A stretch of DNA of 64,000 bases from Squalus acanthias (GCA_030390025.1 JASTWF010000034.1:4092001-4156000); one strand, 5' to 3'. Shown: positions 27,241 to 40,750, counted from the stretch's first letter. The notes: generated by a model from the sequence alone, not told the origin. A program made the numbers and translations.

Positions 27241-29926
27241 ATAAAGTTACAGTTAATTATTAATTTTTACATGATGCCCTCTACACCGGTGAATAAAGTT
27301 ACAGTAAATTGTTAATTTGGTATCATAACCTCTACACCGGAGAATAATTTTACAGTTAATCGTTAATTTAGACATGATATCCTCTACAGCACAGAATAAA
27401 GTCACAGTTAATTTGGCATGATATCCTGTACACAAGAGAACAATTTTACAGTTAATTTTGAATTGACATAATATCCTCTACACCGGGGAATAAAGTTAAT
27501 TTAATTGTTAATTTGACATGATATACTCTGCAATGCGGGATAAAGATGCAACTAATTGTTAATGTTTACATGATGCCCTCTACACCGGGGGATAAAGTTA
27601 CAGTTAATTGTAAATTTTTCATGATGTCCTCAACACTCTGAAATAAAGTTACATTTAATTGTTAATTTAGACATGATACCCTGTACACCAGAGAATAAAC
27701 TTACTGTTAATTGTTGAATTTACATGATACCCTCTACACTGTGGAATAAAATTACAGTCAATAATCTCTACACTGGGGAATAATGATACATTTAATTTGA
27801 AATGGAACCCTCTACACTGAGAAATAAAGTTACAGATAATTGTTAACTTGATATGATACACTCTGCACCGTGGTATATAGTTACAGTTAATTGCTAATTT
27901 TGACATAATATCCTTTACACCGAGGAATAAAGTTACAGTTAATTGTTAATTTTGACATAATGCCCTCTACACCGGGGAATAAGTTACAGTTAATTGTTAA
28001 TTCGACATGATATCCTCTAAACCGGGGATTAAGGTTACAGTTAATTGTTAACTTAAACATCATACACATCACACCGGGGAATATAGTTACAGTTATTTGC
28101 AAATTTTGACATGATGCCCTCTACACCGGCGAAAGAAGTTACAGTTAATTGTTAATTTGATATGATACCCTCTACATCGGGAAATAAAGTTACAGTTAAT
28201 TGTTAATTTACACATGATACCTTCTACACTGGGGAATAAAGTTACAGTTAATTGTTAATTTAGACAGGATTCCCTCAAAAACGGGGAATTAAGTTACAGT
28301 TAATTGTTAATTTAGACAGGATCCCCTCAACACCGGGGAATAAAGTTACAGGGAATTGTTAATTTAGACATGATTCCTGCTACATCGAGGAATAAAGTTA
28401 CTGTTATATGTTGATTTGACACGATACCCTCTACATCAGTGAATATAGTTACCCTTAATATTTATTTTGACATGAAGCCCTCTACAACGGTGAATAAAGT
28501 TACAGTTAATTGTTAGTTTCGATATGATGCCCTATGCACCGGGAATATAGTTACGTTTAATTGCTAATTTTGACATGATACCCTGTATACCGGGGAATAA
28601 AGTTACAGTTAATTGTTAATTTAGACATGATTCCCTGTACACCATAGAATAAAGTTACAGTGAATTCCTAATTTTCACATGATATCCTCTACACTTTGGA
28701 ATAATGTTACAGTTAATTGTTAATTATGCCATGATGCCCGCTACACTGGGGAATAAATATAAATGTAATCTTTAATTTGTCATGAAAACCTCTACACCGG
28801 GGAATAAAGTTAAAGTTGATTGTTAATTTTACATGCTACCTTCTGCACAGGGGAATAAATTTACAGTTAATTGTTAACGTAGACATGATTCCCTGCACAC
28901 CGGGGAATAAAGTTGCAGTTAATCGTTAATTTAGAAATGATACCTTCTCAACAGGGGAATAAAGTGACACTTAATCGTTAATTTAGACATGATACCTTCT
29001 CAACAGAGGAATAAAGTTACACTTAATAGTTAATTTAGACATGATAACTTCTACACTGGTGAACAAAGTTACAGTTAATTGCTAATTTAGACAGGATACC
29101 CTCTACATCGGGGAATAAAGTTACTGTTAATTGTTAATTTGGCATCATAACCTCTATAGCGGAGAATAATTTTACAGTTAATTGTTAATTTAGACATGAT
29201 ATCCTCTACAGCACAGAATAAAGTCACAGTTAATTTGGCATGATATCCTGTACACAAGAGAACAATTTTACAGTTAATTTTAAATTGATATAATATCCTC
29301 TACTCCGGCGAATAAAGTTAATTTAATTGTTAATTTGGCATGATATACTCTACACTGGGGAAAAAAGTTACTTTTAATTGTTAATTTAGACATGATACCC
29401 ACTACAATGCGGGATAATGATGCAACTAATTGTTAATTTTTACATGATGCCCTCTACACCGGGGGATAAAGTTACAGTAAATTGTTAATTTGATATGATA
29501 CCCTCTACACCGGGAAATAAAGTTACAGTTAATTGTTAATTTAGACATGATACCTTCTACAAAGAGGTATAAAGTTACATTTAATGGTTTATTTAGACAT
29601 GATTCCCTCCACACCGGGGATTATAGTTGCAGTTAATTGCTAATTTTGACATAATACCCTCTACACCGGGAAATAAAGTTACAGTTAATTGTTAATTTGA
29701 TATGATACCCTCTACACCGGGGATAATGTTACAGTTCATTGTTAATTTGACATGATATCCTCTACACCGGGGAGTAAAGTTACAGTTTAATTGTTGAATT
29801 GACATGATACCCTCTACACTGTGGAATAAAGTTAGTCCTTTTTTTAACATGATAATCTCTACACCGGGGAATAAAGTTACAGTTAATTGTTAATTTCGAC
29901 ATGATAAATTCTACACCTGGGAATAA

Positions 29927-30707
29927 TGTAGGCTACGCAAAATCCCCCAGAAACTCGTACAGAACCCTAAGTGAAGTGATTTGAGTTAAAACACTCAGCT
30001 TTGGAAATTTGTAAAGATCAGAGAAGAAAAACACTCAAGGAAAATTACTTTTTGAATCTTACTGTTGGGAAAGACACCTTTCACAGACACCGACAGGCTA
30101 CGGAGGGGCGTGGCCAGGCAGTGGACAGCTTTGAGTATTGGGGCGCAATCAAGCTGTCTGGGGATGTGTTTGCACTGCCTTCCTACCAAGAAGGAAGAGA
30201 CAAACCCAAAAGACTCACACACACATCGAAATATGAATAATCCAAGACCTCTTTTGAAATTCCCAGGCCCAAACAGGATACCAGAAGCCTGAAATCAATA
30301 AAACATTTAGTGCCCCGACTTACTTCATCAAAAAACAATCAACCAGGTATCCACAGGACAGATTTAAAGTGCGCCAAAAACCAAGGACAATAGGGACAAG
30401 ATTTGGCGCGTAGATAAAGGCCTTGCCTAAATCAGAAGCTATCAGGACATGTTTAACACCAAGTTAAAGCCATCGAAACTGACAAGCTCACCAAAACTAA
30501 CAATGAAGTAAACAGGGCTCATTTGAAATCTAAAGGAAACCGTTTTAGTAAGGGGTTTTGGGCGCGAAAAGGAAAGTATAATTGGGGGCCGAATGTCCCA
30601 AGACTCTCTCTCTCTCTGGACTCGCTGACAACGCACTCAACGCTCGCACAGCTCTCTCTCTCTCAGCTCTACTCCAGCAACGACACCACAAGCCACGAGG
30701 AGAAGGA
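29927..30707 (+). mobile_element. Second 3'-truncated LTR copy, a duplicate of 26460-27240
   Basis: Same two junctions at offset 3467. I noticed only about 2 substitutions relative to the 26460 copy. Confidence 0.93.
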
Positions 30708-33700
30708 ATAAAGTTACAGTTAATTATTAATTTTTACATGATGCCCTCTACACCGGTGAATAAAGTTACAGTAAATTGTTAATTTGGTATCATAGCCTCT
30801 GCACCGGAGAATAATTTTACAGTTAATCGTTAATTTAGACATGATATCCTCTACAGCACAGAATAAAGTCACAGTTAATTTGGCATGATATCCTGTACAC
30901 AAGAGAACAATTTTACAGTTAATTTTGAATTGACATAATATCCTCTACACCGGGGAATAAAGTTAATTTAATTGTTAATTTGACATGATATACTCTGCAA
31001 TGCGGGATAAAGATGCAACTAATTGTTAATGTTTACATGATGCCCTCTATACCGGGGGATAAAGTTACAGTTAATTGTAAATTTTTCATGATGTCCTCAA
31101 CACTCTGAAATAAAGTTACATTTAATTGTTAATTTAGGCATGATACCCTGTACACCAGAGAATAAACTTACTGTTAATTGTTGAATTTACATGATACCCT
31201 CTACACTGTGGAATAAAATTACAGTCAATAATCTCTACACTGGGGAATAATGATACATTTAATTTGAAATGGAACCCTCTACACTGAGAAATAAAGTTAC
31301 AGATAATTGTTAATTTGATATGATACACTCTGCACCGTGGTATATAGTTACAGTTAATTGCTAATTTTGACATAATATCCTTTACACCGAGGAATAAAGT
31401 TACAGTTAATTGTTAATTTTGACATAATGCCCTCTACACCGGGGAATAAGTTACAGTTAATTGTTAATTCGACATGATATCCTCTAAACCGGGGATTAAG
31501 GTTACAGTTAATTGTTAACTTAAACATCATACACATCACACCGGGGAATATAGTTACAGTTATTTGCAAATTTTGACATGATGCCCTCTACACCGGCAAA
31601 AGAAGTTACAGTTAATTGTTAATTTGATATGATACCCTCTACATCGGGAAATAAAGTTACAGTTAATTGTTAATTTACACATGATACCTTCTACACTGGG
31701 GAATAAAGTTACAGTTAATTGTTAATTTAGACAGGATTCCCTCAACACCGGGGAATAAAGTTACAGGGAATTGGTAATTTAGACATGATTCCTGCTACAT
31801 CGAGGAATAAAGTTACTGTTATATGTTGATTTGACACGACACCCTCTACATCAGTGAATATAGTTACCCTTAATATTTATTTTGACATGAAGCCCTCTAC
31901 AACGGTGAATAAAGTTACAGTTAATTGTTAGTTTCGATATGATGCCCTATGCACCGGGAATATAGTTACGTTTAATTGCTAATTTTGACATGATACCCTG
32001 TATACCGGGGAATAAAGTTACAGTTAATTGTGAATTTAGACATGATTCCCTGTACACCATAGAATAAAGTTACAGTGAATTCCTAATTTTCACATGATAT
32101 CCTCTACACTTTGGAATAATGTTACAGTTAATTGTTAATTATGCCATGATGCCCGCTACACTGGGGAATAAATATAAATGTAATCCTTAATCTGTCATGA
32201 AAACCTCTACACTGGGAATTAAGTTACAGTTGATTGATAATTTTACATGATACCCTCTACACCGGGGAATAAAGTTAAAGTTGATTGTTAATTTTACATG
32301 CTACCTTCTGCACAGGGGAATAAATTTACAGTTAATTGTTAATGTAGACATGATTCCCTGCACACCGGGGAATAAAGTTGCAGTTAATCGTTAATTTAGA
32401 AATGATACCTTCTCAACAGGGGAATAAAGTGACACTTAATCGTTAATTTAGACATGATACCTTCTCAACAGAGGAATAAAGTTACACTTCATAGTTAATT
32501 TAGACATGATAACTTCTACACTGGTGAACAAAGTTACAGTTAATTGCTAATTTAGACAGGATGCCCTCTACATCGGGGAATAAAGTTACTGTTAATTGTT
32601 AATTTGGCATCATAACCTCTATAGCGGAGAATAATTTTACAGTTAATTGTTAATTTAGACATGATATCCTCTACAGCACAGAATAAAGTCACAGTTAATT
32701 TGGCATGATATCCTGTACACAAGAGAACAATTTTACAGTTAATTTTAAATTGATATAATATCCTCTACTCCGGCGAATAAAGTTAATTTAATTGTTAATT
32801 TGGCATGATATACTCTACACTGGGGAAAAAAGTTACTTTTAATTGTTAATTTAGACATGATACCCACTACAATGCGGGATAATGACGCAACTAATTGTTA
32901 ATTTTTACATGATGCCCTCTACACCGGGGGATAAAGTTACAGTAAATTGTTAATTTGATATGATACCCTCTACACCGGGAAATAAAGTTACAGTTAATTG
33001 TTAATTTTTCATGATGTCCTCAACACTCTGAAATAAAGTTACAGTTAATTGTTAATTTAGACATGATACCCTGTACACCAGAGAATAAACTTACTGTTAA
33101 TTGTTGAATTTACATGATACCCTCTACACTGTGGAATAAAATTACAGTCAATAATCTCTACACTGGGGAATAATGATACATTTAATTTGAAATGGAACCC
33201 TCTACACTGAGAAATAAAGTTATAGTTAATTGTTAATTTGATATGATACACTCTGCACCGTGGAATATAGTTACAGTTAATTGCTAATTTTGACATAATA
33301 TCCTTTACACCGAGGAATAAAGTTACAGTTAATTGTTAATTTTTACATAAAGCCCTCTGCACCTGGGAATAAGTTGCAGTTAATTGTTAATTTTGACATG
33401 ATATCCTCTAAACCAGGGATTAAGGTTACAGTTAATTGTTAACTTAAACATCATACACATCACACCGGGGAATATAGTTACAGTTAATTTCAAATTTTGA
33501 CATGTTGCCCTCCACACCGGGGAAAGAAGTTACAGTTAATTGTTAATTTTGACATGATGCCCTCTACACCGGGGAGTAAAGTTACAGTTAATTGTTCATT
33601 TGATATATACCCTCTACATCGGGAAATAAAGTTACAGTTAATTGTTAATTTTATATCATGCCCTCAACACCGGAGAATAAAGTTGAAGTTAATTGTTAAT

Positions 33701-36700
33701 CTGTCATGATACCCTCTACAACGGGCAATAAAGTTGCAGTTAATTGTTAATTTCGACATGATGCCCTCTACACTGGGGAATAAAATTACAGTTAATCGTT
33801 AATTAAGACATGATTCCCGGTATTCCAGGGAATGAAGTTACAGTTAATTGTTAATTTACACATGATACCTTCTAAACTGGGGACTAAAGTTACAGTTAAT
33901 TGTTAATTTAGACAGGATTCCCTCAAAAACGGGGAATTAAGTTACAGTTAATTGTTAATTTAGACAGGATCCCCTGAACACCGGGGAATAAAGTTACAGG
34001 TAATTGTTAATTCAGACATGATTCCTGCTACATCGAGGAATAAAGTTACTGTTATATGTTGATTTGACACGATACCCTCTACATCAGTGAATATAGTTAC
34101 CCTTAATATTTATTTTGACATGAAGCCCTCTACAACGGTGAATAAAGTTACAGTTAATTGTTAATTTCGATATGATGCTCTATGCACCGGGGAATATAGT
34201 TACGTTTAATTGCTAATTTTGACATGATACCCTGTATTCCGGGGAATAAAGTTACAGTTAATTGTTAATTTAGACATGATTCCCTGCACACCACGGAATA
34301 AAGTTACAGTGAATTGCTAATTTTCACATGATATCCTCTACACTTTGGAATAATGTTACAGTTAATTGTTAATTATGCCATGATGCCCGCTACACTGGGG
34401 AATAAATATAAATGTAATCTTTAATTTGTCATGAAAACCTCTACACTGGGAATTAAGTTACAGTTGATTGTTAATTTTACATGATACCCTCTACACCGGG
34501 GAATAAAGTAAAAGTTAATTGTTAATTTTGACATGCTGCCCTCTACACCGGGGAGTAAAGTTACAGTTAATTGTTCATTTGATATGATACCCTCTACATC
34601 GGGAAATAAAGTTACAGTTAATTGTTAATTTTATATGATGCCCTCAACACCGGAGAATAAAGTTGAAGTTAATTGTTAATCTGTCATGATACCCTCTACA
34701 CCGGGCAATAAAGTTACAGTTAATTGTTAATTTCGACATGATGCCCTCTACACTGGGGAATAAAATTACAGTTAATCGTTAATTAAGACATGATTCCCGG
34801 TATTCCAGGGTAATGAAGTTACAGTTAATTGTTAATTTACACATGATACCTACTACACTGGGGAATAAAGTTACAGTTAATTGTTAATTTAGACAGGATT
34901 CCCTCAAAAACGGGGAATTAAGTTACAGTTAATTGTTAATTTAGACAGGATCCCCTGAACACCGGGGAATAAAGTTACAGGTAATTGTTAATTCAGACAT
35001 GATTCCTGCTACATCGAGGAATAAAGTTACTGTTATATGTTGATTTGACACGATACCCTCTACATCAGTGAATATAGTTACCCTTAATATTTATTTTGAC
35101 ATGAAGCCCTCTACAACGGTGAATAAAGTTACAGTTAATTGTTAATTTCGATATGATGCCCTATGCACCGGGGAATATAGTTACGTTTAATTGCTAATTT
35201 TGCCATGATACCCTGTATACCGGGGAATAAAGTTAAAGTTAATTTTTAATTTAGACGTGAATCCCTGTACACCATAGAATAAAGTTACAGTCAATTGCTA
35301 ATTTTCACATGATATCCTCTACACTTTGGAATAATGTTACAGTTAATTGTTAATTATGCCATGATGCCCGCTACATTGGGGAATAAATATAAATGTAATC
35401 TTTAATTTGTCATGAAAACCTCTACACTGGGAATTAAGTTACAGTTGATTGATAATTTTACATGATACCCTCTACACCGGGGGAATAAAGTTAAAGTTAA
35501 TTCTTAATTTTGACATGCTGCCCTCTACACCGGGGAGTAAAGTTACAGTTAATTGTTCATGTGATATGATACCCTCTACATCGGGAAATAAAGTTACAGT
35601 TAATTGTTAATTTTATATGATGCCCTCAACACCGGAGAATAAAGTTGAAGTTAATTGTTAATCTGTCATGATACCCTCTACACCGGGCAATAAAGTTACA
35701 GTTAATTGTTAATTTCGACATGATGCCCTCTACACTGGGGAATAAAATTACAGTTAATCGTTAATTAAGACATGATTCCCGGTATTCCAGGGAATGAAGT
35801 TACAGTTAATTGTTAATTTACACATGATACCTTCTACACTGGGGAATAAAGTTACAGTTAATTCTTAATTTAGACAGGATTCCCTCAAAAACGGGGAATT
35901 AAGTTACAGTTAATTGTTAATTTAGACAGGATCCCCTCAACACCGGGGAATAAAGTTACAGGGAATAGTTAATTTAGACATGATTCCTGCTACATCGAGG
36001 AAGAAATTTACTGTTATATGTTGATTTGACACGATACCCTCTACATCAGTGAATATAGTTACCCTTAATATTTATGTTGACAGTAAGCCCTCTACAACGG
36101 TGAATAAAGTTACAGTTAATTGTTAATTTCGATATGATGCCCTATGCACCGGGGAATATAGTTACGTTTAATTGCTAATTTTGCCATGATACCCTGTATA
36201 CCGGGGAATAAAGTTAAAGTTAATTGTTAATTTAGACATGAATCCCTGTACACCATAGAATAAAGTTACAGTCAATTGCTAATTTTCACATGATATCCTC
36301 TACACTTTGGAATAATGTTACAGTTAATTGTTAATTATGCCATGATGCCCGCTACACTGGGGAATAAATATAAATGTAATCTTTAATTTGTCATGAAAAC
36401 CTCTACACTGGGAATTAAGTTACAGTTGATTGTTAATTTTACATGATACCCTCTACACTGGGGAATAAAGTTAAAGTTGATTGTTAATTTTACATGATAC
36501 CTTCTGCACAGGGGAATATATTTACAGTTAATTGTTAATGTAGACATGATTCCCTGCACACCGGGGAATAAAGTTGCAGTTAATTGTTAATTCAGAAATG
36601 ATAACTTCTACACTGGTGAACAAAGTTACAGTTAATTGCTAATTTAGACAGGATACCCTCTACACCGGGAAATAAAGTTACTGTTAATTGTTAATTTGGC

Positions 36701-37046
36701 ATCATAACCTCTACAGCGGAGAATAATTTTACAGTTAATTGTTAATTTAGACATGATATCCTCTACAGCACAGAATAAAGTCACAGTTAATTTGGCATGA
36801 TATTCTGTACACAAGAGAACAATTTTACAGTTAATTTTAAATTGACATAATATCCTCTACACCGGCGAATAAAGTTAATTTAATTGTTAATTTGGCATGA
36901 TATACTCTACACTGGGGAAAAAAGTTACTTTTAATTGTTAATTTAGACATGATACCCACTACAATGCGAAATAAAGTTAGTTAATTGTTAATTTTATATG
37001 ATGCCCTCTACACCGGAGAATAAAGTTGAAGTTAATTGTTAATCTG

Positions 37047-37691
37047 GTCATCTCCCTCCAAAACAGGTATGCCGCTTTGGATACTGTTGGGGGAGATGGC
37101 CTACCAGGGGAAGGCACTAGCAGCCAGGTTCATGGCACCATGGCTGGCTCTGCTGCACAGCAGGGCGGGAAAAAGAGTGGTAGGGCTATAGTGATAGGGG
37201 ACTCAATTGTAAGGGGAATAGACAGGAGTTTCTGTGGCCGCAACCGAGATTCCAGGATGGTATGTTGCCTCCCTGGTGCAAGGGTCAAGGATGTCTCGGA
37301 GCGGCTGCAGAACATTCTGAAGAGGGAGGGTGAACAGCCAGCTGTCGTGGTGCATGTAGGTACCAACGATATAGGTAAAAAGCGGGAAGAGGTCCTACAA
37401 GCAGAATTTAGGGAGCTAGGAGCTAAATTAAAAAGTAGGACCTCTAAGGTAGTAATCTCTGGATTGCTACCAGGGCCACGTGCTAATCAGAATAGAGAGA
37501 ACAGGATAGTGAGATTGAATACGTGGCTTGAGCAGTGGTGCAGGAGGGAGGGATTCAAATTCCTGAGGCATTGGAACCAGTTCTGGGGGAAGTGGGACCT
37601 GTACAAAAGGGACGGTCTGCACTTGGGCAGGACTGGAACCGATGTCCTCGGGGTAATATTTGCTAAAGCAGTTCGGGAGGATTTAAATTAA
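37047..37691 (+). pseudogene. CR1 ORF1 C-terminal part (SGNH/GDSL esterase-like domain), 5'-truncated
   Basis: Motifs IGDSIVR, HVGTND and DGLHL correspond to SGNH blocks I, III and V. The frame is open to TAA at 37689-37691. The ORF-track start at 37026 is a TTG inside the satellite and is not part of the element. Confidence 0.88.
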
Positions 37692-37738
37692 TATGGCAGG
37701 GGAATGGGAACCTATGTAGCGAAACAGGGTGAAGTAAT

Positions 37739-40675
37739 ATGCAGTCAGAAACAAATGTTAGAAGGGTGAGCAACAATAGGGTAAGGCCGAGTAAACAAAG
37801 GCAAGAAACACAAAGGGCCATACTAAATCATAAGTCTAAAAGGACAAAGGATGTTAATAAAACAAGCCTAAAGGCTCTGTGTCTTAATGCAAGGAGTATC
37901 CGTAATAAGGTGGATGAATTGACTGTGCAAATAGATGTTAACGGATACGATGTGATTGGGATTACAGAGACGTGGCTCCAGAACAATCAAGGCTGGGAAC
38001 TGAACATCCAGGGGTATTCAACATTCAGAAAGGATAGAATAAAAGGAAAAGGGGGTGGGGTAGCATTGCTGGTTAAAGAGGAGATTAATGCAATAGCTAG
38101 GAAGGACATCAGCTTGGAGGATGTGGAATCAATATGGGTTGAGCTGCAGAACACCAAAGGGCAGAAAACGTTAGTGGGAGTTGTGTACAGACCTCCAAAC
38201 AGCAGTAGTGAGGTGGGGGAGGGTATGAAACAGGAAATCAGAGGTGCGTGCAAAAAAGGCACGGCAGTTATCATGGGTGACTTTAATATGCATATAGATT
38301 GGGCTACTCAAACTGGAAGCAATACGGTGGAGGAGGATTTCCTGGAGTGTTTAAGGGATGGTTTCCTAAACCAATATGTTGAGGAACCAACTCGAGGGGA
38401 GGCCATCCTGGACTGGGTGTTGTGTAATGAGGAGGGACTAATCAGCAATCTTGTGGTACGAGGCCCCCTGGGGAAGAGTGACCATAGTATGGTGGAGTTC
38501 TACATTAGGATGGAGAAGGAAACAGTTAAGTCAGAGACCATGGTCCAGAACTTAAATAAGGGCAACTTTGAGGGTATGAGGCGTGAATTGGCGAGGTTAA
38601 ATTGGCAAGCGATATTTAAGGGGCTATCAGTGGAAGGGCAATGGCAGACATTTAGAGATCGCATGGATGAACTACAACAATTGTACATCCCGGTCTGGCG
38701 TAAAAATAAAAAAGGGAAGGTGGCTCAACCATGGCTAACAAGGGAAATCAGGGATAGTATTAAAACCAAGGAAGTTGCTTACAAATTGGCCAGAAGTAGC
38801 AGCAAACCCGGGGACTGGGAGAACTTCAAAACTCAGCAGAGGAGGACGAAGGGTTTGATTAGGGCAGGGAAAATAAAATATGAAAGGAAGCTTGCAGAGA
38901 ACATTAAAATGGACTGCAAAAGCTTCTATAAATATGTAAAAAGAAAGAGGTTAGTAAAACCAAACGTAGGTCCCCTGCAGTCGGAAACAGGGGAAGTCGT
39001 AATGGGGAACAAGGAAATGGCAGATCAATTGAACAAGTACTTTGGTTCGGTGTTTACTGTGGAGGACACACACAACCTGCCGGAAATAAAAGGGGTCAGA
39101 GGATCTGGTAAGAGGGAGGAGCTGAGGGAAATCCTTATTAGTCGGGAAAAGGTATTGGGGAAATTGATGGGACTGAAGGCTGAAAAATCCCCGGGGCCTG
39201 ATGGTCTGCATCCCAGAGTACTTAAGGAGGTGGCCTTGGAAATAGTGGATGCATTGACGATCATTTACCAACATTCCTTAGACTCTGGATCAGTTCCGAT
39301 GGAGTGGAGGGTGGCCAATGTAACCCCTCTTTTTAAAAAAAGAGGGAGGGAGAAAGCAGGGAATTATAGACCGGTCAGCCTGACATCGGTCGTGGGTAAA
39401 ATGATGGAAGCAATTATTAAAGATGTCATAACAGACCATTTGGAAAGTGGCGACATGATAGGTCCAAGTCAGCATGGATTTGTGAAAGGGAAATCATGCT
39501 TGACAAATCTTCTGGAATTTTTTGAGGATGTTTCCAATAGGGTGGACAGGGGGGAACCAGTAGATGTGGTGTATTTGGACTTTCAGAAGGCCTTCGACAA
39601 GGTCCCACACAAGAGATTGGTGAGCAAAGTTAAAGCACATGGGATTGGGGGTAATGTGTTGACGTGGATTGAGAACTGGTTGGCACACAGGAAACAAAGA
39701 GTAGGAGTAAATGGGTACTTTTCAGAATGGCAGGCAGTGACCAGCGGGGTACCGCATGGTTCGGTGCTGGGACCCCAGCTGTTTACATTATATATTAATG
39801 ATTTGGACGAAGGGATTAAATGTAATATCTCCAAATTTGCGGATGACACTAAATTGGGAGGCAGTGTGAACAATGAGGAGGATGCTAGCAGGCTACAGAG
39901 TGACTTGGACAGGTTGGGTGAATGGGCAAATGTATGGCAGATGAAGTACAACGTGGATAAATGTGAGGTTATCCACTTTGGTGGTAAAAATAGAGAGGCG
40001 GACTATTACCTGAATGGTGGCAGATTAGGGAAAGGGGACGTGCAACGAGACCTGGGCGTCATGGTACATCAGTCACTGAAGGTGGGAATGCAAGTGCAGC
40101 AGGCAGTCAAGAAAGCAAACGGAATGATGGCCTTCATAGCAAGGGGATTTGAGTACAGGAGTAGGGAGGTGATGCTACAGTTGTACAGGGCCTTGGTGAG
40201 GCCACACCTGGAGTATTGTGCGCAGTTTTGGTCTCCTAACTTAAGGAAGGACATTCTTGCTATTGAGGGAGTGCAGCGAAGGTTCACTAGATTGATTCCT
40301 GGGATGGCCGGACTGACATATCAAGAAAGATTGGGTCAACTGAACTTGTATCCTCTGGAGTTCAGAAGAATGAGGGGGGATCTTATAGAGACATTTAAAA
40401 TCCTGACTGGTTTAGACAAATTAGATGCGGGCAGAATGTTCCCAATGGTAGGGAAAACTAGAACCAGGGGTCACAGTCTAAGGATTAAGGGGAAGCCATT
40501 TAGGACTGAGCTGAGGAGGAACTTCTTCACCCAGAGAGTGGTGAAGCTATGGAATTCTCTTCCACAGATGGTTGTTGAGGCCAGTTCGCTAAATATATTC
40601 AAAAAGGAGTTAGATATAACACTCACAACTAAGGGGATCAAGGGGTATGGCGAGAAAGCAGGAATGGGGTACTGA
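37739..40675 (+). CDS. CR1 ORF2: apurinic-type endonuclease plus reverse transcriptase, 978 aa, uninterrupted
   Basis: Endonuclease motifs LNARS, ITETW, YRPP, GDFN and SDH. RT motifs PGPDG, NYRPVSLTS, QHGF, LDFQKAFD, GVPHGSVLGP and KFADD. Confidence 0.95.
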   Translation: MQSETNVRRVSNNRVRPSKQRQETQRAILNHKSKRTKDVNKTSLKALCLNARSIRNKVDELTVQIDVNGYDVIGITETWLQNNQGWELNIQGYSTFRKDRIKGKGGGVALLVKEEINAIARKDISLEDVESIWVELQNTKGQKTLVGVVYRPPNSSSEVGEGMKQEIRGACKKGTAVIMGDFNMHIDWATQTGSNTVEEDFLECLRDGFLNQYVEEPTRGEAILDWVLCNEEGLISNLVVRGPLGKSDHSMVEFYIRMEKETVKSETMVQNLNKGNFEGMRRELARLNWQAIFKGLSVEGQWQTFRDRMDELQQLYIPVWRKNKKGKVAQPWLTREIRDSIKTKEVAYKLARSSSKPGDWENFKTQQRRTKGLIRAGKIKYERKLAENIKMDCKSFYKYVKRKRLVKPNVGPLQSETGEVVMGNKEMADQLNKYFGSVFTVEDTHNLPEIKGVRGSGKREELREILISREKVLGKLMGLKAEKSPGPDGLHPRVLKEVALEIVDALTIIYQHSLDSGSVPMEWRVANVTPLFKKRGREKAGNYRPVSLTSVVGKMMEAIIKDVITDHLESGDMIGPSQHGFVKGKSCLTNLLEFFEDVSNRVDRGEPVDVVYLDFQKAFDKVPHKRLVSKVKAHGIGGNVLTWIENWLAHRKQRVGVNGYFSEWQAVTSGVPHGSVLGPQLFTLYINDLDEGIKCNISKFADDTKLGGSVNNEEDASRLQSDLDRLGEWANVWQMKYNVDKCEVIHFGGKNREADYYLNGGRLGKGDVQRDLGVMVHQSLKVGMQVQQAVKKANGMMAFIARGFEYRSREVMLQLYRALVRPHLEYCAQFWSPNLRKDILAIEGVQRRFTRLIPGMAGLTYQERLGQLNLYPLEFRRMRGDLIETFKILTGLDKLDAGRMFPMVGKTRTRGHSLRIKGKPFRTELRRNFFTQRVVKLWNSLPQMVVEASSLNIFKKELDITLTTKGIKGYGEKAGMGY

Positions 40676-40750
40676 GGTAGCATGTTCAGCCATGAACGCA
40701 TTGAATGGCGGTGCAGGCTCGAAGGACCGAATGGTCTACTCCTGTACCTA

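Larger units (their letters stand above)
26060..32995 (+). repeat. Recent tandem duplication of a ~3.47 kb satellite-plus-LTR block (2 copies)
   Basis: ORF-track pairs are offset by 3467 (26528/29995, 27667/31134, 27887/31354) and the order of variant monomers matches. Boundaries are approximate. Confidence 0.9.

Noticed and set aside
15487..30707. LTR copies as the paired ends of a full-length provirus
   Set aside because: The sequence between them is pure satellite with no PBS, PPT or gag/pol. The first copy has its own TSD, and the others share its left junction.
37026..37046. Satellite-ORF1 fusion protein starting at 37026
   Set aside because: The start is a TTG in satellite sequence that happens to be in frame with the truncated ORF1.
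37130..40701. Minus-strand ORFs overlapping the CR1
   Set aside because: They are antisense shadows of ORF1/ORF2 with no recognisable domains.
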